Source: Gammaproteobacteria bacterium
GTDB lineage: Bacteria > Pseudomonadota > Gammaproteobacteria > Eutrophobiales > Eutrophobiaceae
DNA: 64,000 nt
Reading direction: 5' to 3'
Assembly: GCA_965222155.1 (NCBI GenBank)
Contig: CBDCTH010000004.1
Coordinates: 1-64,000 of the forward strand
The notes beneath the pieces were generated by a model that saw only the letters and a list, made by a program, of their open reading frames with translations, had not been told where the DNA came from and searched no databases. Position 1 is the stretch's first letter. Every line of letters starts with the position of its first letter. This document shows positions 25,601 through 57,531 of the stretch, in pieces. The position numbers and the translations under genes are program-made.

Positions 25601-28600
25601 AAATCACTTACCCTTTCAATGTGCAGCGTGCCCAGGAATGGAAACATGTTCAAGACTGGTGGAAGAAGCCAGCTTGAGCCAATCTGGATATATCTACTGT
25701 AATTACATTTTGGGCATGGCCTCACCCTCTCCTGCTCTTCAGAGGGTCGATACAGGCAGCAACAATTATCAGTATTGTAGCATAAATTGCCTCCTTTTAA
25801 AGGCCAAGCCATAAATCCACTTGTTATATATGCAGGGTAGTATATGCCCAAGTGAGCTCGCTGTGGCAATTGTGTCACAAAAGTTGACCTTCTGTCTCCT
25901 TGCTGCACAACCACTGATGTTTCCTCTATATCACCTATGCTTTTGGAACTTTAGCAACATGTCATGTACATTATGGTGCTGGACTAGATAAGTGCTCTTG
26001 GAAGCCATAGGCATATACTGTAAATTTTAGGTACAGGTACAGTGTTGCCACATGGTTGTCAAGAATCCTCTCTCAAAAATTAATCTTGACTGTCAAGTCC
26101 CTCCCAACTTTCTAAGACCATGTCCACCTCCAAATCTTTTCCCATGAGCAGCTAGCAGATACTACCTCACAATTTCATGATGGACAAGATGTGCTAATGC
26201 TTGAACCTATAATTGTGTTGTCAATTTGAAGTACAACAATGCAATATGCAGGTGATTATAACATGTGTTGGGAAGGGAGAAAAGTCCTATAAGGCTATTC
26301 AAGGGAGTTTCAATGTCAGTCACTTAGCCTAAAGGAAAATTGCACAGAGCTGTTTCTTGCAAATGAATGGGATGTCAGTACCATTTGTACCAAAGGTATA
26401 GCATGTTCTTAGCTATCTTGTCTGGCCACAGAATTGCAGCAACAGAGCCATGCCATCCATGGCAGGGCTGTCAATCCATTTTCACCCAATTTATAAGAGA
26501 AATGGCACAGCTACACTGATTCTAGTAGTAGAACCAGTTTCCACATCTTAGGAATGCTGCTGTGCAAAAAGCCACTCATCTTAAAGGGCAACTCCCACAG
26601 AAATACAAGTGATGTTCAGATGACAGTAATAACTGTTTTAATCTCATTAGTAATACTTTAAAAATTTAAGCCTCTGGTGGGGGACCATGGAGCTCTGAGT
26701 TTAGGGGGTGTCATCCCGGGTAGTGCCATCCCGGGTAGTGCCATTGAATGATGACATAGCCATATCTTTCTTGCACACCTTGCTGTATAGGCCCCAAAGA
26801 ATGGTGTACTGGATTGCATTGCAGCATTGTCATATTCATGTTCAAAACTGTAGGGACGCTCTAGATGACACACTGCAATTACATTGTCTATGCATGTCAC
26901 TAATTGAATTTAGCTAATCCAGACTGAAGTGGATCAAAACAACCCCCGGAGGTGAATCAGTTCGTGCGCAGTGTGGCCATAGTTCTATGAGAGAGGGAAT
27001 CTATTTCAACCAACGATGGTTGAAAGGGACAGACCAAAACTTCACAGATGTATTCAGAAGGTACTTTTGGGCATTCTTAGCCTTACACTAGGCCCTAGCA
27101 AAGCTGACATTTTCTTCTTAGCAAAGATGTAGAACTCTTGCAGCCTTGCACACCACACAATGCACAGTTCAGGCTTCATGACCCTGGTTTTATCTGCCTC
27201 ATCCACAAGGGTGTCAAGAGAAGTGTGTCCTTCTTGGTCTCAGGGAAGAGGCAGAAGACTCTTCCTTCTGACCAGAAGAGGTGATAGAGGCAGATTGAGT
27301 CTTCCAAGCATTCTTTTGTTTCTGTGAAAGCTGCTGGCATGTGCTCTGGTAAGTTATTGAGAAGTACAGTAGGTACCTATAACATTGATCTCTTGCAACG
27401 ATATTCTTTGCCTAGGTTGTACAACATTGAAACCTGTCCTAGACACCAATTGAAACTAATGCATTGGATATATCAAAGTTACCAATAAGATGTAAAAACA
27501 GACAGAATGCCATCAGGGTCAGAATAGGAATATCTTGCTTCAACCTGCTTTGTTTGACCTCCAACAGTTAGGACTCTTCTACTTCTACCACGACTCTATT
27601 AGATTTTTTCTGCTGCCTGTTTGGTACGGGTTAAATAAAAGAGTGAAAAGAGTTAGACCTCTGCTCCATAGCTCATATTTAACACTACAACTGGGTAGCT
27701 GGCATACTATGAATTAAACAAGAGACTCTAACAACTATACGGTTGAATGTGTCAAACAGAAAGTGAAGCTTTACCTTCACTTCCGATCAGGAATTCAATG
27801 TCAAACTTCCCAGTCAACTAAGATGGATGGATGGATGGATGTATAATGTGTGCACCAAAACAATCTTCATGTCTCACCTGAGGGCTCCTTTCTGATCAGA
27901 TGTGTACACACCACCTGCTGCAGTAGCAGCAATATGGATGTCTTCAATAGATTTGTCTATGGACTGCAACAGCTCTGCTTGCCTATCGGCTGATTGGTCT
28001 ACTTGCAGTGGCAAGCAACTGGCAGTCTGATCATTGGGTGAATTGCTAGGAGATCTACACACATCATCAAGAACAAGAACAATGAAACAACCACAGTACC
28101 ATACTATTAAGATAACAACATTGTAATATTACTAAAAGTAATTGCACACAAAAAAGCTAGGAAAACTGCAATGAAAATCCCCTTTACGGCACTTAACTGC
28201 ACCTCTTTTTAACTTTAGATGATCTCTTTTCTTTATCTGTTGCACTGGATGTCTTTTTACTCACAGCTTTCAAGCTATCCTTGCTATCCTTAGTCTTTCG
28301 CCTGTCTCCTCTTGCCGGTTCTAAGTACTTGGCTGGTACAAGCCCAAATTGACCAGAAGATGTTGTGACAGTCCACCACTCATTACTGTCTTTAGATACA
28401 ACTGTAACCTGAAAACAGAGAACATACACCAACAATAATTTAGCCCATGTTAGGCTAGGAGTCTCTGCAAGATGGAAACTGCATCCACAGAGGAAAAGTG
28501 GCCATCAAAGCAACAGAGAGCAATTATGTTTAATGTTATCATTTAAGTTATCACTCAATCTTCAAATCACAACTACACTGATTTGCCTAACTCAAGCAAT

Positions 28601-31254
28601 ACTTTGTTGTATTATCTCTGGACTTTGCATTGCTATGACATTCCAAATTTCATCGTTCAACTCAGTCTTTCTCAAGCTCTCCTAAATGCACTGGTTGTTC
28701 GACACTCCATAAACACTTTGCTTCATGTCAAGTCGTTGGGAGAATCTTCTGTGCTTCCCAACCCTGTCCATGTGCATTGTAAAATTGGAAAAATAATAGC
28801 TTGCACAATGGGTACACATGTACCACTCCTAAACTCTAAAATTCTGGCACTGAGCCAGAGCAGTCACCTACATGATTCCAACTGGCCATAGTCATAATAC
28901 AGGATGCTACGTACACTATAGCTATTGCAAAGTAAAATGTCAGTATCTTCAACTGTAACAGTTCACTACTAGTTCATTATCTCATTATCACCATCACCAT
29001 CGTCGTCATCCTCATCATGGTCTCTCTGCCATCACTGCTCCTGCCATTAACACTACAGTTGCTGTCATCATTATTGAAACACCTCCAGTTGGGCCATGTC
29101 AGCAATGGTGCATCTGCATTTGGTTGCTTGCCCTAGCCACGTGCTTGCTGGTTGCATGGGGTCTCTGATTGTAGAAAGTTACTCACTCTTGTGGATATTG
29201 CACAGGAACAATTGATGAAGTAATGTCTACTCAGTACTTTGTAAGACCACTTCTCTCTTTGAGACACTGCACAATGTGGCTATGATGATGAGTAAAATTC
29301 TCTAAATCTACTGGACACAAAACTTCCCAGAAGCTAAGGATGGCAGCTTCCAATTTGAGCTAGTTTGACAGCTGTTTTCCATAGCTGGATGGCAGATTTT
29401 TTAGAAGAGATGTTGCTTGATCAGCTGTTATGGCACCAACTCTGACACTACTCCACTGCTGGCAGTGTGAGAATATCCAAAGAAGGGAAGATGTCATTGG
29501 TAAGAAATTTAAAGTAGCCTAAGGCATCATCATGCAGGTTGTTTTGTCAGTGATTTCAATGGCATCAGTTGTCAGATCACCTGAATTTGAGGTGCTGAAG
29601 TGCAGGAATGGTGTTGTGCTTTGATGGTGTGAAGTCTGTTTCATTGGTCTTACTTGAGCTCGCATGAGCTACAGTACTTGCTCATGGGTGATGGTTGATG
29701 GACTCTCTAGCTTCCAGTTTCCTAATGTCAAACCCATGACAACTGCTCTGAAACAGGAATAAGTCGACTTATATTCTGTTGCACTGGGACCAGCACCATG
29801 AGAACACAGGTACCTGCTGCTTCTCAGACTTAGACTGCATAACTGACAAACAAATACGAATTCAGCTGCACACTAGTGCGCCTTTATTAGCCTAGGTATT
29901 CTTGATGTAGCCCTGTTTACAAATTAGCCACAAAGTAGAAAATTTTGATTTTGGCACATTTTTTAACAACCAACAGATGTGTTTCAATAATTATGACCAC
30001 AACTGTACATGTGTATACTATCGTCACATGTCTGCAGTAGCATACAGTAACGTGTTATGGCACTGTGTATGGCAACTGTGTCTGGTTGCAAGTTGATATA
30101 ACCAAATGGCAAGACCTGGATGTCACTCTGTAGGTAGGCAGCTACTAGCATTTTCCCTTTTGGTGACAGTGCTAGGGTTTGGGGAAGTAAAACTCATCAG
30201 GCGGTCTTGATTTTGCATTATAACAATAGCCTTGCATGCATCCAATGCTGTCATCCCTAAGGTTCTATACCAACCACAGTCAACTTCACTCAACTCTCCT
30301 AGCATCCGGGTGGACTATAGATTCTATTTGTCACCAGTTCCTGTGAAGAGTGGTGTTGAAACAGGATATACTGGTACATCTGTTCATATCCAGTTGAGAT
30401 AGGGTAGAGACTATGAGAGAACCAGCCACTCAGCAGAGCCCCGTACCTTAATTTGTCACATTGTGCCCTAATTTTATGCCCTAATTCAGTTGTTTGATCC
30501 TGCATTGATCTATTTCACGGTATCTTAAATCTGCGTGTACACCAGCAGTCTGTCCCAGGTTCAGCTCGGTTTCAATCCAGCTCAACCCACGTCCATTACA
30601 TGGCTTCACAAGCCAGTTCTTACTCAATTGATGGAGCTCCAAGCATGGTCAATGTCACAGGCATCAAATGTGCATGCTTGAGTTGTTTTCTCCTGCCTCT
30701 TCCAACTTACGGCCAAAAGACCTAGAAGAGGCCACGTGACTCTTCTGGCAAACTCAGAGGAACTGCATGAGGAAGTAAGGGGCAAGGAAAGAACAACAAC
30801 CAGAACCGGTTCTCTGACTCTTCTACTGTATACCGTATAATACGTAGCTAACCTCTTTCAGGAGAGCGGAAGAAACGCGGCCCTAGACAGTCCTTCCAAG
30901 AACATTTTATAGTAACTGTTGCCATGGAAATACCTTATCTCCCCGGCAACAAGAGAGCTGCAGAGCTCCTGTTCCTTCAAAATCATATTTCAGACGGTAA
31001 GACGCCTCATTGTCTTCTTCACTTTCTATCTATGGTCACAGAAATTGATGAAACTATCTACGACGACAGGTTGTTGACATCAAATTTACTGGTTGAAGAT
31101 AATTGGCGGGGGCAAATCCGATGCGGCCGTCTCTACTGCTCTTCACCTTCCACCAGTGTTTGTTGGATGAGTCCAGAAGAATGAAACGTTCGTCGGCCGA
31201 CAGGCTGAGAGTTCTTTCAGCTTCGCCTTTGAAATCGTATGCCGCACGATACAT
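19688..31254 (-). CDS. NCKIPSD: NCK-interacting protein with SH3 domain (SPIN90/WISH/DIP), multi-exon
   Basis: ATG at 31254, then SH3 MYRAAYDF...WW...GFAPANYL. Exon near 22850-23020 gives [28 protein letters not shown], then [11 protein letters not shown]...LITYFQM. Later exons give [12 protein letters not shown] and KILHDIFS...[20 protein letters not shown]. Last exon ends ...NEHQL* at 19688. These match recalled SPIN90 motifs. Confidence 0.92.
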
Positions 31255-31692
31255 TAGATTGAGCACGCATGCGTATAAGTCGTCTGGACCGGATTTCTCC
31301 TTTGGATCAGCGCCCGAATTTCGCGCAAAGTTTATGTATTAGCTTCTGAGTTTTTATTCTGCGTGCGTTTGCATTTTATACAAAAGGTAGCCGGCATGCA
31401 CTTGAATGCGTATGAATGTACAGATCTAGATCTAGATCTAGCTGTCTGCCTCTATAGAGGCAGACAATCAGTGTTCACGCTGCTAAAATTTGTCAAAACG
31501 TAGTCTATTTGTTTGTAACAGGAATTGTACAACAGTCTAGCTATAGCTACAGTAGTGAGTGGTCCATGTACATGTACGTGTAGGATGCTAAATCTGAGAA
31601 GTAACATGCATCATGCATATGCATTGCAACTGTTCATCTTCATGTCTTAGTCTAAAATCAAAATCAGAGAACTGTTGCAGATCGAGACTTAG

Positions 31693-42932
<11,240 letters not shown>

Positions 42933-43123
42933 TCTCTAACACCGGCATTACCTGCGCGCTACGGAAATAAACTTTGTAGCGTGCGCGCACTCGACTACGC
43001 CCAATTGCGCTGGCGTCATGGCAACACATTTAAAGTAGCCAATCAAGATACGAGTAGACACAGCGTCATCAACTTCACTGATAGTTGTTGTCTTGTGGGT
43101 GTTAGTGCGAGTTTCGTCTTCCT
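42933..43123. promoter_or_regulatory. Putative bidirectional promoter between MAPKAP1 and FAM72
   Basis: 191 bp between divergent ATGs. CpG-rich, with two CCAAT boxes (near 43001 and 43039), TGCGCGCA/TGCGC motifs and an ETS-like CGGAAA. Confidence 0.65.
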
Positions 43124-44637
43124 ATGAATGATCCGTTGTGCAATATACCATCAGCCTTCTTGTCCAAGGCTGTCTTCAACCTGTACTGTGTGCACTGTGA
43201 TCGCACGCTTTGTCGACGGGGAATGAAGGCCATTTTATTAGCCGACACAAACGTCGAGCTCTTTTCAACAGATATACCCCCTACAAGGTGAGAGGAACGT
43301 TTAGTGCGGCTGGTAATGTCGCGGACTAATATCGCTTGTTCAGTGTTGTTGTTTGCTGTGCTAGAGGTGTGCAGCTCGTCGGAGACGACTATGTGACGAA
43401 GAACTGTGCGTGCTGTATCAGAGATATCGCTTGCAGGGGATGGTGAGTTGTTAGCCTTCTATGCGTTTCCTTTTTTAACCAACAAAACGGGTGGGCAACT
43501 TCAAAAAAATTTGTCGCCGAATTATGTATGACGTCACCCGCCGGCCATACTTATAGTCTAAGTGCGTGCTGTCGGCAATAAGTTGTCAGAGGCCAACAAA
43601 ATCTCGCCATGCATGCAACGTTGTGATTATTTACGTCTACTAGCTGGTATAGGTTGACAGTATCTAGACAAAGAACCACGTACTGTACACCCTTTTGTGG
43701 TACTGTTGCAAAGAAACTGGTGCATGATATTTGATAGATTGTGTATTTACCACCAGTAAGTATGACAAAATCAGAGCACATTTGGCACTATCGAGTTCAT
43801 CATCTAGGTTCTGATTTTGTTGTTGCTAGATGCCTGTACACGCATTCATGGTTGTTGGGGTAGACAGCTGGCATGCATGGTCACCTTGTGGCCATGCAAC
43901 CAGTTTTGTTGCTCTCTTTATCAAGTTTTGCTTTTGGGTCTCTTCAGTATACCGAGTTCATCCAAATAAGTCCTCGAGGGCAAGGGGCTTGCTTATTTAT
44001 GTATGGGTCTTGAAACTTTCACAGCACTTTTGTGGCCCCCATAATACCCACTCTTAGCCAGTGTAGATTGTTTTCTGCAAGCTCAGTGTAAAATGGAGCA
44101 TTGGCAGGTACAGGATTGATTGATGAACTAATAGTAGCAGCTGCTTTACGCATGTACAAAACCATCACCCCTGTCCTTGATGGTGCCACAGCACTTATGA
44201 TATACACCATGCTGAGTTGGCAAGGATAGGGTCTCCAAACATCCATGCAGTAGAGAACATTATTCTTAGAATGACACTCTGATTTACATTAATCGTTGTT
44301 GATCCCTCTGTCTGTATGTCACCTTTTCACTGGTGTACAGGAAAGCAGATTTCTAAACAAGTTTTGATTGACTGCACATTCGGTAGTACTAACATAAGAT
44401 TTCTGTTTCAGTGGCAACATAGCTGGTTACCATGTGACCCTACCATGCAAGCCATGCCTTCGTGCATGTAATAATGGTCACTTTTGGATGTACAATGCAG
44501 GCTGTGTGTGGGCAGAGGAACGGGTGGATATGACAGGCACATGTGTACTGACATGGGCAAATCTGGAACCTTATGTTGGTGAGGGAAAGGATAAGCTGAA
44601 AGCAAGCATCAACTGTGAATTAGAGGGACTGAGATAG
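43124..44637 (+). CDS. FAM72A: FAM72 family protein, 3 exons (43124-43287, 43365-43442, 44412-44637)
   Basis: Spliced: ...[89 protein letters not shown]...LTWANL. This matches recalled FAM72 motifs, and splice phases are consistent. Confidence 0.95.
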
Positions 44638-45882
44638 AGTTAGTTATACTGGAGTAATGCTACAATGTAGTTGATTGATACAATTTTACGTGCTTATCTT
44701 CTTACAGTAAATGAACTTGAGTTTCAGTTTCAGTCTGAGAATACCATATTGCCTACTGCAGAGAATACACCTTACTGTATATTCTAGGGTCTAAGCCCAG
44801 GGGTCTTTTTAGAGAATTTTGAGTAGAGGGTGACAATGAGATCAGTTGCTGGGGAATAGGGTTTCTCTTGTCAAGCCACTAGATTATCCACTATTGAGAT
44901 CCATGATAACTGAGTCCAAACAGTGATGTACTGTATGCACTGTTTCCATTAAACCTTTGTGAGTGCATGACCAGTTATCACCTACTAGTGTAGGCCAGGT
45001 TCAGGAAGTCCCAAGGGTCCCTGTTTCCTAGCAATAGGGATTCCTGTCACCCTGTAACCTAACTTTTCCAATAAGTGCATGTAACAATATGGCTTGTCTC
45101 TTTACTAAACCATTATAGCCTTAGGTGACAGCAAGAGTGAGGAGTATTATGACATTCAACTATGAAAATGTAGGGATGGCATACACTGTAAAAGGGAAAC
45201 AGGTACGTAGTTACAAATGTGAGCCATTTTAGATCTTTTCTCCTTTAACCCACCTGAGTTCTGATGTAGGGACTAGGTAGGAAAGAGTCAATATAATGAA
45301 ACACAAACAAAACCTAGGGTTACCAGGGGGAATCATGTATTACTTTCTCACTTTGGAGACTGTTTTTGTTGAAATTACAATTTATCCCAGAATTTGGCTC
45401 CTTTGTTGAAGTGATTTCGGCGTTTCCTGGGGTTGGAATGTCCGGAAAACAGAAAAAGCAACAGTCCCTGAGAGATCTGGTCTTTTTTACCCTGACACCA
45501 TTGCTTCTTGGATTTCTTTTGTGACTTTGCCTCGAAAACTTGCCAACATCAAAGAATTTCTGTTGTCAGTGACATTTTCAGTCTGTTATTGGGAATAGCA
45601 CACAAATTAGGGTACGAAGCAGCACAACAAGACAAGATCATAGGCCAGATCTCAGGTCCTCAACACTTCTTTACATTAAATTGGGTTGATCCACTGTGTC
45701 TGAAATCACTACAGTACGTACTTGTAGAGATGTATTACATGAATGGGTAGAACAATAAATTCAATAACTCTCAACAAAATGAATGAAAATCACACCACAT
45801 AACACAGGGACATCAAACTATTCAACATCCATTTAGCCTGTCATGCTAACTTCTCATAAAAAATCTCTGTGCAACCTGCCTA

Positions 45883-55021
<9,139 letters not shown>

Positions 55022-55141
55022 CGCTTATCTCAAAATATACGGGACATTCAGTTGCACGTGCAATGTCAGCTCGATTGGTATCACGTAAATATACACGTGC
55101 CTCCCTCGACACTGGAGGGGAACAGTAGTAGCCAGTGTACA

Positions 55142-55219
55142 TGTAGTAGCTGTACATGTGACAGAATTATTTCGGGTAGCCAGGTGTAGTAGCTGTACAT
55201 GTGACAGAATTATTTCGGG
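55142..55219. repeat. 35-bp direct repeat x2 upstream of SRPK
   Basis: TGTAGTAGCTGTACATGTGACAGAATTATTTCGGG at 55142 and 55185. Confidence 0.9.
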
Positions 55220-56122
55220 AAGGTCACATGCACGGTGATATGGATGACCATGGCCATAGATAATTTATTCGGAGTGGGAGGGATAGCTTCCGGATTGTAA
55301 CTGTTACACCACAGATCAGGAATCCTCTTCCATGAAGCTGAGTGACCGTTCGGATGAGTCAGTATAGTGCTAATTGATTCGACATGTACATTTAACATGG
55401 AATCTCTTGTCTGCAACACTGTCAGAGGCTACAAATGAGTTTTACGACAAAAACCGTCAAAGTGTGGAACTTTAGCTGGAAGGATTATTGCTGAAAGTTA
55501 TAGTGTCACTTGACCTGCTTCCAGCATATGGTGTGACATATGGTAAGTTGCATGGGTGCGGGCATTACTTTAAATTTACTTGGCATGGTCTCTGAAAGCA
55601 GCAACAGATGAGCAAGCAAAAGCAACATCAGGACATTTGGAAGAAGGACTTCTGGAGAAAGATGTGGAAACAGAAACAACGTTAACAGTAGTCATGATAG
55701 TGATGATGATATCAAAAGTGAGGATTCAGTATTAAACTTTGTGGTCGAGATAAAGAGATGGAGACTCTTGTCCAGACCACATTGCCAGTCAACAGATTGG
55801 GGAGACCATGTATTTTTCTTTTGTCCAATACAACTTACAAAGGGAAGAACAAGGTTACAATCCTTTGGTGCCAGGGTTGATGATCAAACAGATCATCAAT
55901 TTACGGTTACAATGTATGATCCTGTGAAGGACATCGTGATTGTAACCAGAAAATGACTGCAGGCGTCTCAGTCTCCTATTTGGAAGAGCATTGTGTTGTG
56001 GGGAGTATTACACCACGGGGTATTTGAATAGAATTCTGTGAACATATTCAATATCATGAAATGTCAAGTTGCAAAAGGAACATGGCATATGCACTCTTAG
56101 TAATTCTGTAACATTACTATAT

Positions 56123-57117
56123 GAAGGGCTGAGTGCAAAAAGGGCCTATGAGCCAAATAATAGTTATTGAGTAAAACTACTTTAAAGTGCAAGTAAAGCT
56201 TCTTCAGCATAATTTAACTCTTTTAAGACGAAGTAGAATCCATTTGGTAGCATTTTTATTCCCCTATCCACCCGTGCATGCCTAACCCCCTACTGTGCTT
56301 ACGTAAACATGTCAGAATTTATATTAATGTTCAACGTCACGCCTTGGAATCGGACCCATGAGAAGTAGCTGCTGTCAGACCGTCATAGAATGGCACGTAC
56401 TGCGGAGGAAGGTATGGAATCATCTTCCGAAGGTCTCCCAACTTCAGAGCCTTAATCGGATTCCCAGCGGGGTACTTCTTCCGTAATTGGCGTGGGAATA
56501 TCGCTGGCTCTCTTCGTGATGTTTACCTTTCTCCATGGTTCGTCTTCTGAATAGCTGAATCGAAGCCAAATGACGCCTGGATGTTTGACAGTTGTTTTTT
56601 TCCCATCAATAACCTCTTCCCCTTCTCCGTAATTTATCCAGAGTGCTTTGCTTTTTACCACCAGGTAGATATTCTGCTGTTGATAGCTTCCTGTTTCGTA
56701 AAAGGCCTTGCAGATCCGCTCAGCTTCTTCGGATGAAACCTTACGACGGCATTCTTTGCCGCAGCGACAAGTTATGGCTTTCACCGTTCTTTTCTCGACC
56801 GTTCTTCCTTCAGAATCCACGTGTTCTTCTCCCGAGGCTTTCAGTCTCTTCCTCTCGTTCCTCTCCCACGAGTCAGGATTCCGCAGACGCTTCCTTCCTT
56901 TCCTAACAGTGGTTTCCATTTTAAATACGGGAATGTAGCCAAGTGCGCTAAGTATCACGTGACCTATCGGAACAAAAGCTGCTCTCCCTCCGTAGATTCT
57001 CAACCAACAGGTACGAAACTTTGGATTATGGTAGCTAGAAAGTAGACCTATTAGTTTTCGGGTCTAACTCGATTTCGGAAAAAATGTCGCATAGGCCCTT
57101 TTTGCACTCAGCCCTTC
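56123..57117 (-). mobile_element. Sola1-like DNA transposon deletion derivative
   Basis: Perfect 28-bp TIR GAAGGGCTGAGTGCAAAAAGGGCCTATG with 4-bp ATAT (AWWT) on both flanks. The ORF fuses a transposase N-terminus (RKRLRNPDSWERNERK...CRCGKEC...FY...QNIYL) to a C-terminal tail (K..DLRKMIPYLPPQYVPFY) and has no catalytic core. Confidence 0.8.
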
Positions 57118-57531
57118 ATATATACTACATGATCATGAGCAGTACTAGTACTGTAGGGAAACATTTGACGTCATAGGTATCTCTAAGGTCACAAATACCA
57201 ATAAAATTTCGTTGAGGGGGTCAACTCATATGAAAACAGGTGTAAATCAAGTAGCTGTCTTTTATTGGTCTATACACAAAAATACCTGTCAGAATTTAGT
57301 TGTAGCAGTTTTGGCTAGGTCAAATTTAATTGTACTGTGCCTTAAGAATTTAGTTGCACCATTTAAGACTTTGGTGTACATGACACAGAAAGTCTTTCCT
57401 AGAGCGTTTGCACTAGTTGGTGATTGCTCACAATAAAAGTCACTACTTGGTAGAAGCTACTTTCTCCATTCAACATATGGCATTGGGTAAAAATGTGTAC
57501 TTTTGCACTTACTTGAACACAAGTTCTAAGA

